Assembly: GCA_964016885.1 (NCBI GenBank)
Contig: OZ024745.1
Location: forward strand, 44,826,001-44,890,000
Source: Eledone cirrhosa
Lineage: Eukaryota
Reading direction: 5' to 3'
DNA: 64,000 nucleotides
The notes under the pieces were generated by a model. It saw only the letters and a program-made list of their open reading frames with translations, was not told the DNA's origin and made no database searches. Position numbers and translations under genes: made by a program. This document shows, piece by piece, positions 1-13,697 of this stretch. How positions within the stretch are numbered: position 1 is the stretch's first letter; each line of letters opens with the position of its first letter.

Positions 1-3000
1 CACATCTCTATCTGTTCCTTGGGTACCTTTAACACAGTCCACTTGGTTTCACATCTCTATCTGTTCTTTGGGTACCTTTAACACAGTCCACTTGGTTTCA
101 CATCTCTATCTGCTCCTTGGGTACCTTTAACACAGTCCACTTGGTCTCACATCTCTATCTACTCCTTGGGTACCTTTAACACAGTCCACTTGGTTACACA
201 TCTCTATCTGTTCCTTGGGTACCTTTAACACAGTCCACTTGGTTTCACATCTCTATCTGCTCCTTGGGTACCTTTAACACAGTCCACTTGGTTTCACATC
301 TCTATCTGCTCCTTGGGTACCTTTAACACAGTCCACTTGGTTTCACATCTCTATCTGTTCATTGGGTACCTTTAACACAGTCCACTTGGTCTCACATCTC
401 TATCTGCTCCTTGGGTACCTTTAACACAGTCCACTTGGTTTCACATCTCTATCTGTTCCTTGGGTACCTTTAACACAGTCCACTTGGTTTCACATCTCTA
501 TCTGCTCCTTGGGTCCCTTTAACACAGTCCACTTGGTTTCACATCTCTATCTGTTCCTTGGGTACCTTTAACACAGTCCACTTGGTTTCACATCTCTATC
601 TGCTCCTTGGGTACCTTTAACACAGTCCACTTGGTTTCACATCTCTATCTGTTCCTTGGGTACCTTTAACACAGACCACTTGGTTTCACATCTCTATCTG
701 TTCCTTGGGTACCTTTAACACAGTCCACTTGGTTTCACATCTCTATCTGCTCCTTGGGTACCTTTAACACAGTCCACTTGGTTTCACATCTCTATCTGCT
801 CCTTGGGTACCTTTAACACAGTCCACTTGGTTTCACATCTCTATCTGTTCCTTGGGTACCTTTAACACAGTCCACTTGGTTTCACATCTCTATCTGCTTC
901 TTGGGTACCTTTAACACAGTCCACTTGGTTTCACATCTCTATCTGCTCCTTGGGTACCTTTAACACAGTCCACTTGGTCTCACATCTCTATCTGCTCCTT
1001 GGGTACCTTTAACACAGTCCACTTGGTTTCACATCTCTATCTGCTCCTTGGGTACCTTTAACACAGTCCACTTGGTTTCACATCTCTATCTGCTCCTTGG
1101 GTACCTTTAACACAGTCCACTTGGTTTCACATCACTATCTGTTCCTTGGGTACCTTTAACACAGTCCACTTGGTTTCACATCTCTATCTGCTCCTTGGGT
1201 ACCTTTAACACAGTCCACTTGGTTTCACATCTCTATCTGCTCCTTGGGTAACTTTAACACAGTCCACTTGGTTTCACATCTCTATCTGCTCTTTGGGTAC
1301 CTTTAACACAGTCCACTTGGTTTCAGATCTCTATCTGCTCCTTGGGTACATTTAACACAGTCCACTTGGTTTCACATCTCTATCTGCTCCTTGGGTACCT
1401 TTAACACAGTCCACTTGGTTTCACATCTCTATCTGTTCCTTGGGTACCTTTAACAAAGTCCACTTGGTTTCACATCTCTATCTGTTCCTTGGGTACCTTT
1501 AACACAGTCCACTTGGTTTCACATCTCTATCTGCTCCTTGGGTACCTTTAACACAGTCCACTTGGTTTCACATCTCTATCTGCTCCTTGGGTACCTTTAA
1601 CACAGTCCACTTGGTTTCACATCTCTATCTGTTCCTTGGGTACCTTTAACACAGTCCACTTGGTTTCACATCTCTATCTGCTCCTTGGGTACCTTTAACA
1701 CAGTCCACTTGGTTTCACATCTCTATCTGTTCCTTGGGTACCTTTAACACAGTCCACTTGGTTTCACATCTCTATCTGCTCCTAGGGTACCTTTAACACA
1801 GTCCACTTGGTTTCACATCTCTATCTGCTCCTTGGGTACCTTTAACACAGTCCACTTGGTTTCACATCTCTATCTGCTCCTTGGGTACCTTTAACACAGT
1901 CCACTTGGTTTCACATCTCTATCTGCTCCTTGGGTACCTTTAACACAGTCCACTTGGTTTCACATCTCTATCTGTTCCTTGGGTACCTTTAACAAAGTCC
2001 ACTTGGTTTCACATCTCTATCTGTTCCTTGGGTACCTTTAACACAGTTCACTTGGTTTCACATCTCTATCTGTTCCTTGGGTTCCTTTAACACAGTCCAC
2101 TTGGTTTCACATCTCTATCTGCTCCTTGGGTACCTTTAACACAGTCCACTTGGTTTCACATCTCTATCCGCTCCTTGGGTACCTTTAACACAGTCCACTT
2201 GGTTTCACATCTCTATCTGCTCCTTGGGTACCTTTAACACAGTCCACTTGGTTTCACATCTCTATCTGCTCCTTGGGTACCTTTAACACAGTCCACTTGG
2301 TTTCACATCTCTATCTGCTCCTTGGGTACCTTTAACACAGTCCACTTGGTTTCACATCTCTATCTGCTCCTTGGGTACCTTTAACACAGTCCACTTGGTT
2401 TCACATCTCTATCTGTTCCTTGGGTACCTTTAACACAGTCCACTTGGTTTCACATCTCTATCTGCTTCTTGGGTACCTTTAACACAGTCCACTTGGTTTC
2501 ACATCTCTATCTGCTCCTTGGGTACCTTTAACACAGTCCACTTGGTCTCACATCTCTATCTGCTCCTTGGGTACCTTTAACACAGTCCACTTGGTTTCAC
2601 ATCTCTATCTGCTCCTTGGGTACCTTTAACACAGTCCACTTGGTTTCACATCTCTATCTGCTCCTTGGGTACCTTTAACACAGTCCACTTGGTTTCACAT
2701 CTCTATCTGTTCCTTGGGTACCTTTAACACAGTCCACTTGGTTTCACATCTCTATCTGCTCCTTGGGTACCTTTAACACAGTCCACTTGGTTTCACATCT
2801 CTATCTGCTCCTTGGGTAACTTTAACACAGTCCACTTGGTTTCACATCTCTATCTGCTCTTTGGGTACCTTTAACACAGTCCACTTGGTTTCAGATCTCT
2901 ATCTGCTCCTTGGGTACATTTAACACAGTCCACTTGGTTTCACATCTCTATCTGCTCCTTGGGTACCTTTAACACAGTCCACTTGGTTTCACATCTCTAT

Positions 3001-6000
3001 CTGTTCCTTGGGTACCTTTAACAAAGTCCACTTGGTTTCACATCTCTATCTGTTCCTTGGGTACCTTTAACACAGTCCACTTGGTTTCACATCTCTATCT
3101 GCTCCTTGGGTACCTTTAACACAGTCCACTTGGTTTCACATCTCTATCTGCTCCTTGGGTACCTTTAACACAGTCCACTTGGTTTCACATCTCTATCTGT
3201 TCCTTGGGTACCTTTAACACAGTCCACTTGGTTTCACATCTCTATCTGCTCCTTGGGTACCTTTAACACAGTCCACTTGGTTTCACATCTCTATCTGTTC
3301 CTTGGGTACCTTTAACACAGTCCACTTGGTTTCACATCTCTATCTGCTCCTAGGGTACCTTTAACACAGTCCACTTGGTTTCACATCTCTATCTGCTCCT
3401 TGGGTACCTTTAACACAGTCCACTTGGTTTCACATCTCTATCTGTTCCTTGGGTACCTTTAACACAGTCCACTTGGTCTCACATCTCTATCTGCTCCTTG
3501 GGTACCTTTAACACAGTCCACTTGGTTTCACATCTCTATCTGTTCCTTGGGTACCTTTAACACAGTCCACTTGGTTTCACATCTCTATCTGCTCCTTGGG
3601 TACCTTTAACACAGTCCACTTGGTTTCACATCTCTATCTGTTCCTTGGGTACCTTTAACACAGTCCACTTGGTTTCACATCTCTATCTGTTCCTTGGGTA
3701 CCTTTAACACAGTCCACTTGGTTTCACATCTCTATCTGCTCCTTGGGTACCTTTAACACAGTCCACTTGGTTTCACATCTCTATCTGTTCCTTGGGTACC
3801 TTTAACACAGTCCACTTGGTTTCACATCTCTATCTGCTCCTTGGGTACCTTTAACACAGTCCACTTGGTTTCACATCTCTATCTGTTCCTTGGGTACCTT
3901 TAACACAGTCCACTTGGTTTCACATCTCTATCTGTTCCTTGGGTACCTTTAACACAGTCCACTTGGTCTCACATCTCTATCTACTCCTTGGGTACCTTTA
4001 ACACAGTCCACTTGGTTTCACATCTCTATCTGTTCCTTGGGTACCTTTAACACAGTCCACTTGGTTTCACATCTCTATCTGCTCCTTGGGTACCTTTAAC
4101 ACAGTCCACTTGGTTTCACATCTCTATCTGTTCCTTGGGTACCTTTAACACAGTCCACTTGGTTTCACATCTCTATCTGTTCCTTGGGTACCTTTAACAC
4201 AGTCCACTTGGTCTCACATCTCTATCTACTCCTTGGGTACCTTTAACACAGTCCACTTGGTTTCACATCTCTATCTGTTCCTTGGGTACCTTTAACACAG
4301 TCCACTTGGTTTCACATCTCTATCTGCTCCTTGGGTACCTTTAACACAGTCCACTTGGTTTCACATCTCTATCTGCTCCTTGGGTACCTTTAACACAGTC
4401 CACTTGGTTTCACATCTCTATCTGTTCCTTGGGTACCTTTAACACAGTCCACTTGGTCTCACATCTCTATCTGCTCCTTGGGTACCTTTAACACAGTCCA
4501 CTTGGTTTCACATCTCTATCTGTTCCTTGGGTACCTTTAACACAGTCCACTTGGTTTCACATCTCTATCTGCTCCTTGGGTACCTTTAACACAGTCCACT
4601 TGGTTTCACATCTCTATCTGTTCCTTGGGTACCTTTAACACAGTCCACTTGGTTTCACATCTCTATCTGCTCCTTGGGTACCTTTAACACAGTCCACTTG
4701 GTTTCACATCTCTATCTGTTCCTTGGGTACCTTTAACACAGTCCACTTGGTTTCACATCTCTATCTGCTCCTTGGGTACCTTTAACACAGACCACTTGGT
4801 TTCACATCTCTATCTGTTCCTTGGGTACCTTTAACACAGTCCACTTGGTTTCACATCTCTATCTGCTCCTTGGGTACCTTTAACACAGTCCACTTGGTTT
4901 CACATCTCTATCTGCTCCTTGGGTACCTTTAACACAGTCCACTTGGTTTCACATCTCTATCTGTTCCTTGGGTACCTTTAACACAGTCCACTTGGTTTCA
5001 CATCTCTATCTGCTTCTTGGGTACCTTTAACACAGTCCACTTGGTTTCACATCTCTATCTGCTCCTTGGATACCTTTAACACAGTCCACTTGGTCTCACA
5101 TCTCTATCTGCTCCTTGGGTACCTTTAACACAGTCCACTTGGTTTCACATCTCTATCTGCTCCTTGGGTACCTTTAACACAGTCCACTTGGTTTCACATC
5201 TCTATCTGCTCCTTGGGTACCTTTAACACAGTCCACTTGGTTTCACATCTCTATCTGTTCCTTGGGTACCTTTAACACAGTCCACTTGGTTTCACATCTC
5301 TATCTGCTCCTTGGGTACCTTTAACAAAGTCCACTTGGTTTCACATCTCTATCTGTTCCTTGGGTACCTTTAACACAGTCCACTTGGTTTCACATCTCTA
5401 TCTGCTCCTTGGGTACCTTTTAGACAGTCCACTTGGTTTCACATCTCTATCTGCTCCTTGGGTACCTTTAACACAGTCCACTTGGTTTCACATCTCTATC
5501 TGTTCCTTGGGTACCTTTAACACAGTCCACTTGGTTTCACATCTCTATCTGCTCCTTGGGTACCTTTAACACAGTCCACTTGGTTTCACATCTCTATCTG
5601 TTCCTTGGGTACCTTTAACACAGTCCACTTGGTTTCACATCTCTATCTGCTCCTTGGGTACCTTTAACACAGTCCACTTGGTTTCACATCTCTATCTGCT
5701 CCTTGGGTACCTTTAACACAGTCCACTTGGTTTCACATCTCTATCTGCTCCTTGGGTACCTTTAACACAGTCCACTTGGTTTCACATCTCTATCTGCTCC
5801 TTGGGTACCTTTAACACAGTCCACTTGGTTTCACATCTCTATCTGCTCCTTGGGTACCTTTAACACAGTCCACTTGGTTTCACATCTCTATCTGCTCCTT
5901 GGGTACCTTTAACACAGTCCACTTGGTTTCACATCTCTATCTGTTCCTTGGGTACCTTTAACAAAGTCCACTTGGTTTCACATCTCTATCTGTTCCTTGG

Positions 6001-6442
6001 GTACCTTTAACACAGTCCACTTGGTTTCACATCTCTATCTGTTCCTTGGGTTCCTTTAACACAGTCCACTTGGTTTCACATCTCTATCTGCTCTTTGGGT
6101 ACCTTTAACACAGTCCACTTGGTTTCACATCTCTATCCGCTCCTTGGGTACCTTTAACACAGTCCACTTGGTTTCACATCTCTATCTGCTCCTTGGGTAC
6201 CTTTAACACAGTCCACTTGGTTTCACATCTCTATCTGTTCCTTGGGTACCTTTAACACAGTCCACTTGGTTTCACATCTCTATCTGCTCCTTGGGTACCT
6301 TTAACACAGTCCACTTGGTCTCACATCTCTATCTGCTCCTTGGGTACCTTTAACACAGTCCACTTGGTTTCACATCTCTATCTGTTCCTTGGGTACCTTT
6401 AACACAGTCCACTTGGTCTCACATCTCTATCTGCTCCTTGGC
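1..6442. repeat. 49-bp tandem satellite, ~131 copies, runs off the left edge
   Basis: Unit CACATCTCTATCTG(T/C)TCCTTGGGTACCTTTAACACAGTCCACTTGGTTT recurs every 49 nt (positions 1, 50, ...) with few point variants; it has a KpnI site in almost every unit. Confidence 0.98.
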
Positions 6443-7448
6443 TACTTTTAATTGAATCCATTCAATTGCAATCATTCAGATCATGTTTCTGATTAGAGGT
6501 TAACTTCTTCCCATACCTTATTCTTCTAGTCTTGGAGGTCCTGGAAGAAGGTTATGACCATAGTTCTGTTCCTTTCTAAGTTCCACAAAAAATAAAATAA
6601 AATAAAATAAAAATAACACTTAGAGCATGAACTAATGTGGCATCTTTCACACAGGTGAAACAAATTTCAAAATCCCAATATATACCCTAGCCTGTAATAC
6701 TAAAAAATAAACAAACAAAACAAACACATTAATGACATTCGAGCTATTGATAATCTTATAAAATCCTTTAGAAACAAAGTGTACATCATCCATTATTCAA
6801 TCATGGGATCTTGAAATATTTAAAGTGGATTTAAAGATTCTGATTAAAAAATACAAGAATCACAGAAAAATACAGCAGAAATTATTTAAATCAAATACAA
6901 CTGCTACTCTCTTTTTTTTCTCTCTCTATCTATCTCTGTTCCTACCCCTCTCTCTCTGACACACAAACATGCTTAGATTTAAAATCATAATACTACTATG
7001 TTCACTATTAACATGAAGACAGTAGAGTTATATTTGATGGAGATGTAGCTACTATTTTAAGCAGGCTACTTCATTGGCAATACTGGTGGTCTCTTATAGT
7101 GATGAAAGAAATAGTTCATAAAGATTGAAAAGCAGGGGGATATGGGGCAGGGGGTAATTGTTGTTCTGGGCTTGGGAATAGAGCACACAAAGAGAAAAAT
7201 AAAGAAGTTTTGCGCATTAAATTATTTTGAACAGTGAATTGAAATAGATCTGCCAACCTCTAAAAACCCAAACGGGGAGTACCATGAAAGAAGTGGCCCA
7301 AAACGGGGAGAATTGAGGCAAAATGGGGAGATTTTACATAATGAAAGCTATCCCCATTTTCACAAGAGAAAACATCTCTCACCCACCCCAAAGTGGATGG
7401 GAGATCTCCCCGTCCATTGAGGAGAGTTGACAGGTCTGAGAAATGTCT

Positions 7449-7674
7449 TTAACCCCTTAGCATTTACATTATTCTATATATACTATTGTATTTTTGGAGT
7501 AAAGGCTTTATCTTACATAAGTATCTCATATATTGAATCTAAGAGATTTTGTTGTTATTTATTTTGAGAACAATACCTTAACATCAGTATGAGCGGCTGT
7601 TTATGGCGGGTTTGAACAGAAATAGGTGAGAGAATTCTGGCCGGATATGGCTGGTTTAAATAATAAAGAGTTAA
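7449..7674. mobile_element. piggyBac-like MITE (TTAA-flanked), degenerate
   Basis: TTAA|CCCCTTAGCATTTA ... TAAATAATAAAGAG|TTAA imperfect TIRs; the internal sequence matches 53766-53962. Confidence 0.6.
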
Positions 7675-8099
7675 AACAGAAACGGTGTGTCTGAGGAAAT
7701 ATTGTTAATGATATTAAAGGTAATGAAAAAACAATATAATTGCTATGTCATCAAGCACATGTACTACATATCTCATTCAGAATAATGAGATCTGCCAGAC
7801 AAACCTTACCTAATTGTAAATCTGTAGTTATCAGTTAATATTTGTGCTGTGTTTTCTTATCGCTATGATGAATGAGTCATCTATTTAGAATTTAGTGACT
7901 GAATTCCATGTCCACTTTCATCTGAAAGTTACATTGGAATCTTGAGAAAACATAAAGCAAGTATGCTTTATGTAATGTTAATGAACAACATAGCATAAGT
8001 GAACTGAGATAAAAAAACTAAGCATAATAATTAAAATTCATATTGTATTTCAATTATATTGGGTTGATGCACTGCCTGTGGCTAACATGATGGTTTTCT

Positions 8100-8708
8100 C
8101 AGTCAGAACAAGCTCCGCATCTCTTTTACATTCCAAGTGGGAGCCAATGTCTGTGGGGGTCTGAGATGTCACTCTGGTAGGCCCCTCGACTCCACAGGCT
8201 TCCATGGTTTATCATGCTGCCTGAATACTGGTCACTTCGCCTGCTACACTGATTATTAATTGGGCCATAGCTCAGGTAAATATCTCCTCAGTTCTGGAGC
8301 TGGTTGGACTATCCAGAATTGATGGGAAGAGACCAGACGTCCATACCCTTTGTCCCTGGGTAAGAGGTAGATGTCTCATCTGGGACGCCACAGTCAGTGA
8401 CTCTTTTGTTTCCTCCCACATCATGGCTGCTGCAGTAAATGTGAGGGTCACTGCTTGCATTGCCGAACGGAATAACATCCTAAAATACCAGGAACTATCA
8501 AATAACTATTTTCCCCCAGCCTGTTGCGTTCGAGACGTTTGGTAGAGCTGTGCTGCTCACAGCGAAGTTTTTGTTATCGTTAGCGGCTTGCTTTGCCGTG
8601 GTGTCAGGTGATGCCTGTAAGGGTGCCTGGTTATTTCTACACCTTAGCCTCGCCATCACCTGTGGTAATGCTGTGAGTGTGTTGGCTTGCCTCAAATATT
8701 TCCGTTGA
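8100..8708 (+). pseudogene. 3' fragment of an RLE-type non-LTR retrotransposon (CRE-like): zinc knuckle plus PD-(D/E)xK endonuclease, frameshifted
   Basis: Manual translation: LRCHSGRPLDSTGFHGLSC...VLELVGLSRIDGKRPDVHTLCPWVRGRCLIWDATVSDS...AERNNILKY...PVAFETFG...LSLAITCGNA. Frameshift near 8515; homologous to 21235-21725. Confidence 0.8.
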
Positions 8709-8783
8709 CCCTTATGGTGTACGGCCGATTGTTTGTTTGTTTTCTCTCTCGCTGTGATCATATATTTTTGTGCATTATATTTC

Positions 8784-8969
8784 GGTGAATTGGCAGTATC
8801 GGTAGAGGGTTGGATTATGCTTTCCAGCATAGTTACGTCCCTTTACGATCTGAGTTCAATTCCCGCCGAGGTTAACTTTGCCTTTCATCCTTACGGGGTC
8901 GATAAAATAAAGCACCAGTAATGTACTGGAATAATTGCTGGCCTTGTGCCAAAAAGTAGAAACAATTAT
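8784..8969 (+). mobile_element. tRNA-derived SINE family A
   Basis: A-box-like TGGCAGTATCGG, B-box GAGTTCAATTCC and conserved body CTTTGCCTTTCATCCTTACGGGGTCGATAAAATAAAG; about ten related copies in the window. Confidence 0.85.
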
Positions 8970-11014
8970 ATTTGTGAGTTTCCTAACAATAATTAATTGT
9001 ATTTATTATATGTTTTTAAGCAGTATTTTAATTATTCAAATAATTTGAAATATACTGTAACAGCTGGAAGAAAAATGTTATATTATTTGTTTGTATTTGT
9101 TCAGTGTTTTAGTAGTAGTAGTGGTGGTGGCGGCGGTAGTAGTAGTTACAATAATATGGTTGATGAACATAGTTTTCTTTTGTTTTAACAGGGCAACTAG
9201 ATTCATTTTGTTTAGAGATATATTTACATATGGAAAACACTTCGTAACATCTACACATCCGATTTGATTAGAATTCATAATCCAAGGACTGTAAATTGGT
9301 TCTTATCTGCTCAGCTGTTGTACCTTTCTTATATAGAAAAAAAAACTGCGAAGGTGGCTGAATACATATAAAAGGCTATAACTATGTTTAAGCTCTTTAG
9401 GATCGATAAGATAACTTTCCGTACATAACGGTGATGCGAATTCAATCAACTGTATGTCACTCCTACGAAAACCGACCTTTGACCTTGTCAAATGAAATAG
9501 TAACTAATATATATAGAGAGAGAGGGGAGAAAAGAAAGAGTTGCGACGTTCATGCTTTTCCATCAAGTTTTTATGATGTAATGAAAGTAAAACTTCTTAA
9601 TCAAGTATTGGAACAAGATCGCAAATTTGGTTCGTCCAGAGTTTACCATATTTTACTGGGCTGACTATAGTTTTTTTTAAATATTTATAAAAACAGGAAA
9701 CAATCTGGCACCATTTTGCTGGGAGAGAATCCTTACAGGCTTCTATAATAGTGTCTCCTAGCTTGTCATAAAAAAAGATATAGCTCGTACAGACGACACA
9801 GGCCACGACAACAGTTGATATGAATGTGTAGTAAACTTCTGGTTATTGTGTCCTTTATATACAGACCGTAGGAAGTTAGAACGAAAGCGAGTGAGTCAAT
9901 GCGTGAGTGAGTGAGAGTTTTAGAGTTGTAGTAAGTGCAATGTAAGCTTTCCCCTCCTCTTTAGCCGCTCAGTGTAAAATCAACAGTGCCGTGAAAACTT
10001 CCTATATTTCCCCCTTAATTTGCACACAGTGACTTCCAAGTATATTATACGACTTCTCAAGCACAATAAGGTTTGTAAGGTTATAGATTTTATTTGTGTG
10101 TTCTTAATTATGTCCACATATACACACGTTTTTGTTTTTCTTATGACTGTTTTGAAAATGACTTCTTTCCACACTAACTTGTTGAATTAAAAAAAAAAAA
10201 GAAAGAAAAATTTCTTCCTTATAATATATTGCTATGCTTTCGATTATTTTAAATTGTTTATTTTTGTTTGGTTCCGGACTCAAGACAGATTTTAGATTTA
10301 ACGAAAACAATATTTCTCTTTCGGCATGCCAACTTTTCGTTGTGTTTTGTAGGTTCCCAACACTACTTTTACGCCAAGTTAGGAAAAAATAACAAAACAA
10401 ACTATTTAAAACTTTATTCAACTTAGTGTCGTTATTAGTAGCTTTATTACTAATATCTCTATTTTGTTTCCTATTCCAAAAAAAAGAACTCCACGCATAC
10501 TTTGGTAAAGGTGCAGGAATTTAAGTTCAGGTAGGAAATTAGTAAGCTATGGTTATATTTCTTAACGAAATGTACGTTATGAATGCTGTGAAGGGAAGGG
10601 ACAGGTGTCTATATAAATCTCCTTTCCAATATCATGGTTGTTTGTTGTCGCCAGTCAACTCCTAGGCTTTTTTAACACTTGCTTGATCTTTTTAACCGTG
10701 ACGCTAAAACTTTTATTTGGTTCTTTTAAAGCGTGTTTATATTGTAAAACTGATGTTTGTAATTATATAGTATTGGCGAACTGAAACTAGAAGTTTTATA
10801 TTTAGTTTTGTTATCGAATATTTCTGAAATATGAATAGTATTCCTCATTCATATTCCAAGTTAGCCTAGCAGACTAAAGAAGTAATATTAGGCATATGTA
10901 CACATCGCTCACACGTGTAACACATTTAATCTGTAATATACTGGATACCCCCCCCCCCCATCATTCTATATTTATATTCCCCACTTTCATATTAATCTCT
11001 CTCTATATATATAT

Positions 11015-11200
11015 CCGTGAGTTCGATTCCCGGCTGCGTGCTGTGTCCTTCAGTAAGACACTTTATTTCTTGTTTCAGTTCACTCAGCTGGCAAAAATTA
11101 GTTGTACCTGTAATTCAACGGGCCAGTCTTGATAGACGCTGTGTCTCGCCCCGAGAATTACCTTACGAAATACACATGTAAACATTCTAACCACTCCGTC
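11015..11200 (+). mobile_element. CORE-like SINE fragment
   Basis: B-box GAGTTCGATTCC followed by TGTGTCCTTCAGTAAGACACTTTATTTC...CAGTTCACTCAGCTG, similar to the CORE-like part of 48621-48965. Confidence 0.6.
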
Positions 11201-11484
11201 GTGTTATTAAAATATATACCGTGTTATCTATAACAGATTTTGCGCTGAAGTTTTGATTAGTTGTCAACTAAAATATGCGTATTTAATAGTTTCAAAAGAA
11301 GTGTGAATATGAGTCATAAAACAAAACTATAAACGAAAAGTTTAATTTGATTACATTCTGTATTAAAAAGGTTTCTTTAATTCGTTATTCTGTTTTATAT
11401 ATAATTTTTATATACAATTTTGAGGTCATATTTTCTATTATAATTCACATTTTGGATGCTTTGTAATAATTAAATCTAGTTAAT

Positions 11485-11602
11485 TTTCTCGACCCCGGAG
11501 AGATGAAAGGCAAAGATGACCATGGTGGAATTTGAACTCAGATATGTAACGAGGTGTAACCAAATAACGCAGGTACCTTCCCGACGTTCTACCGAGTCTG
11601 CT
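11485..11602 (-). mobile_element. SINE family A, partial
   Basis: TCGACCCCGGAGAGATGAAAGGCAAAG...GGAATTTGAACTCAG is the reverse complement of the family A body and B-box. Confidence 0.7.
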
Positions 11603-11734
11603 TATTCCACATTTTGCTGCGGCAAACCCCCGAGAATACCTAAATATTTTGTTTTTAGAATAGAATAAGTAAAATCGAAAAAGAAAGAAAAGTTACTTAT
11701 AGACACTACGAGTTTTATAGTTGATGACGTCCCA

Positions 11735-12035
11735 GTTTTCCCAATCTGGGGCGTCAAAATTGACGACTCCTTTGCTCCCTCCCATACCCTGGATGCTACG
11801 GTAAAGGTGGGAGTCACTGCATCCGTAGCTGAACCGAATAACATTATAAAATACTAGGAACTATCGACAAACTATTTTTTCAGCTTGTGATGTTCAAGAT
11901 GTTTGGGGGAAGTCTGATCGTTAACAACGATGTCCTTGTCATTTGCCCGTATCGGCGTATCCGGTAATATTCGCAAGGGTGCTTAGTTGTTCCGGCATCT
12001 TTGACTTGCTTTCACTTGCGGCAGTGCCCTTTGTG
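11735..12035 (+). pseudogene. CRE-like RLE retrotransposon C-terminal fragment, degenerate
   Basis: IWGVKIDDSFAPSHTLDATVKVGVTASVAEPNNIIKY*ELSTNYF aligns with 8375-8510. Confidence 0.7.
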
Positions 12036-12049
12036 TCATATTATTGAAT

Positions 12050-12233
12050 GTGATTGGCAGTATCGGTAGAGGGTCGGACGCCATGCTTTCCAGCATAGTT
12101 ACGTCCCTTTACGATCTGAGTTCAAATCCCGCCGTGGTTGACTTTGCCTTTCATCCTTACGGGGTCGATAAAATAAAGTACCAGTAATGCACTGGGTAAT
12201 TGCTGGCCTTGTGCCTAAAGTAGAAACAATTAT
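12050..12233 (+). mobile_element. SINE family A
   Basis: Close copy of 8784-8969. Confidence 0.85.
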
Positions 12234-12856
12234 TGAATGTGAGTGCCCCCCTATTTTTCTCAAATATTGTGTTTTTTTTTGTATGTATGTATGTGTGATA
12301 TGTGCAAAAAATTGAGAAATTTTTATCATGAATATGGTACGCAAAGTACAGTTTTATAACTTCTGATTTAGTAGAATATTTCTGAATTCATGACAGTTTA
12401 AAATTCCCTATACTGAATAATACCACACCTACACATACATGCTCTTCTTGTAGTTTCGTGTTATTAGGGTCAGGTGTGAAAGCTATTGATATCTGTGACT
12501 TGCTTGTCAATATTTTTGTAGGATATACGTAGATGATACTAAGCAGATGACGCGTAAACATTAAAAGGGATTGATCGTTTGTTCAGAAAGGATATGGTAG
12601 GGAGTAGGAGTAAAGTCAACATTGTACAGTATATTTGGAGAATTTACAGGTGTAGTCAGTAGATATCTTAACAAAGTCCCACCTTCTAAAAAAACTGAAA
12701 AAAATATAGAAACCTATGTGCCAAATATACAATAATGTGGCATGTGTTTCCAGATTGGGTTACAAGTAACGAATTACGCTGCTTTTCACTACTGTATTCT
12801 ATCTAAATATTATTTTTAAAAGAATCCAATGAGATACTATATTAAATTATCAACTA

Positions 12857-12960
12857 CCGTATATACTCGAATATAAGTCAATCTGAATATAAGTCGACCC
12901 CTCTATTTTACCATCGACCTTTTAGTCTATATTCCTCGACTTATATTCAAGTATATACAG
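12857..12960. mobile_element. Tc1/mariner(pogo)-like MITE with TA target-site duplication
   Basis: TA|CCGTATATACTCGAATATAAGTC ... GACTTATATTCAAGTATATACAG|TA, ~23-bp imperfect TIRs. Confidence 0.75.
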
Positions 12961-13029
12961 TAAGTAAATTTTAACTGATCTATTTCTATTTCGTGTTCCA
13001 GCTGAGGCCATGCTGGGGCAATCTTTATA

Positions 13030-13076
<47 letters not shown>

Positions 13077-13697
13077 AATATTTACACATACACCAATTAA
13101 ACAAAGTCACAGGTATATATGTGTTTTGGCAACTATTCACGATGTGGCTCAATGAAGAATTAATAAATTAAACAATCAGAGCAAAATAGTTAGAAATGTT
13201 TATATACATACCAGGATATTTAATCCTGCTATGTATATAAGTATTTCTAACTTTAATTTTACCTAATTATGTATGGTCGACCGTATATTTAATTAATTTC
13301 CACGTGCTGTTGAAATGTTGGGTAAATATTCTATAGCAGTTGGACGCGAAGACGCTGCTGTGGCGTATTTATTTACTGTTTCTTCATAGGTGCCTTTTAT
13401 TCTTATAGCCTGGTCTAATTGATTTTTTGCTGATTGGGAGTAGAGATGATGTATATATATTATCAAATAATTCTCTGGACATGCTTTACTATATATATAT
13501 ATACACACACACACTGTCTATTCCATAGTTTCTCTACTTCCAAATAATCTCTCCCCTCCCCGAAGACGCAATAATTCTTCCAATATTAGTTGTTTTAATT
13601 TATTAATTAATATTAGGGGATATTAAATGAGTGAAACTGACTTATTTTAGTTTGTCTAACTTATATCCTGCCAATCGAGATTTTGGCTTAAGTTTAA

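Noticed and set aside
1-6442. Regular repeats as a CRISPR array (also 41450-45116 and 56511-57850)
   Set aside because: There are no unique spacers, the units are contiguous, the context is eukaryotic and no cas genes are present.
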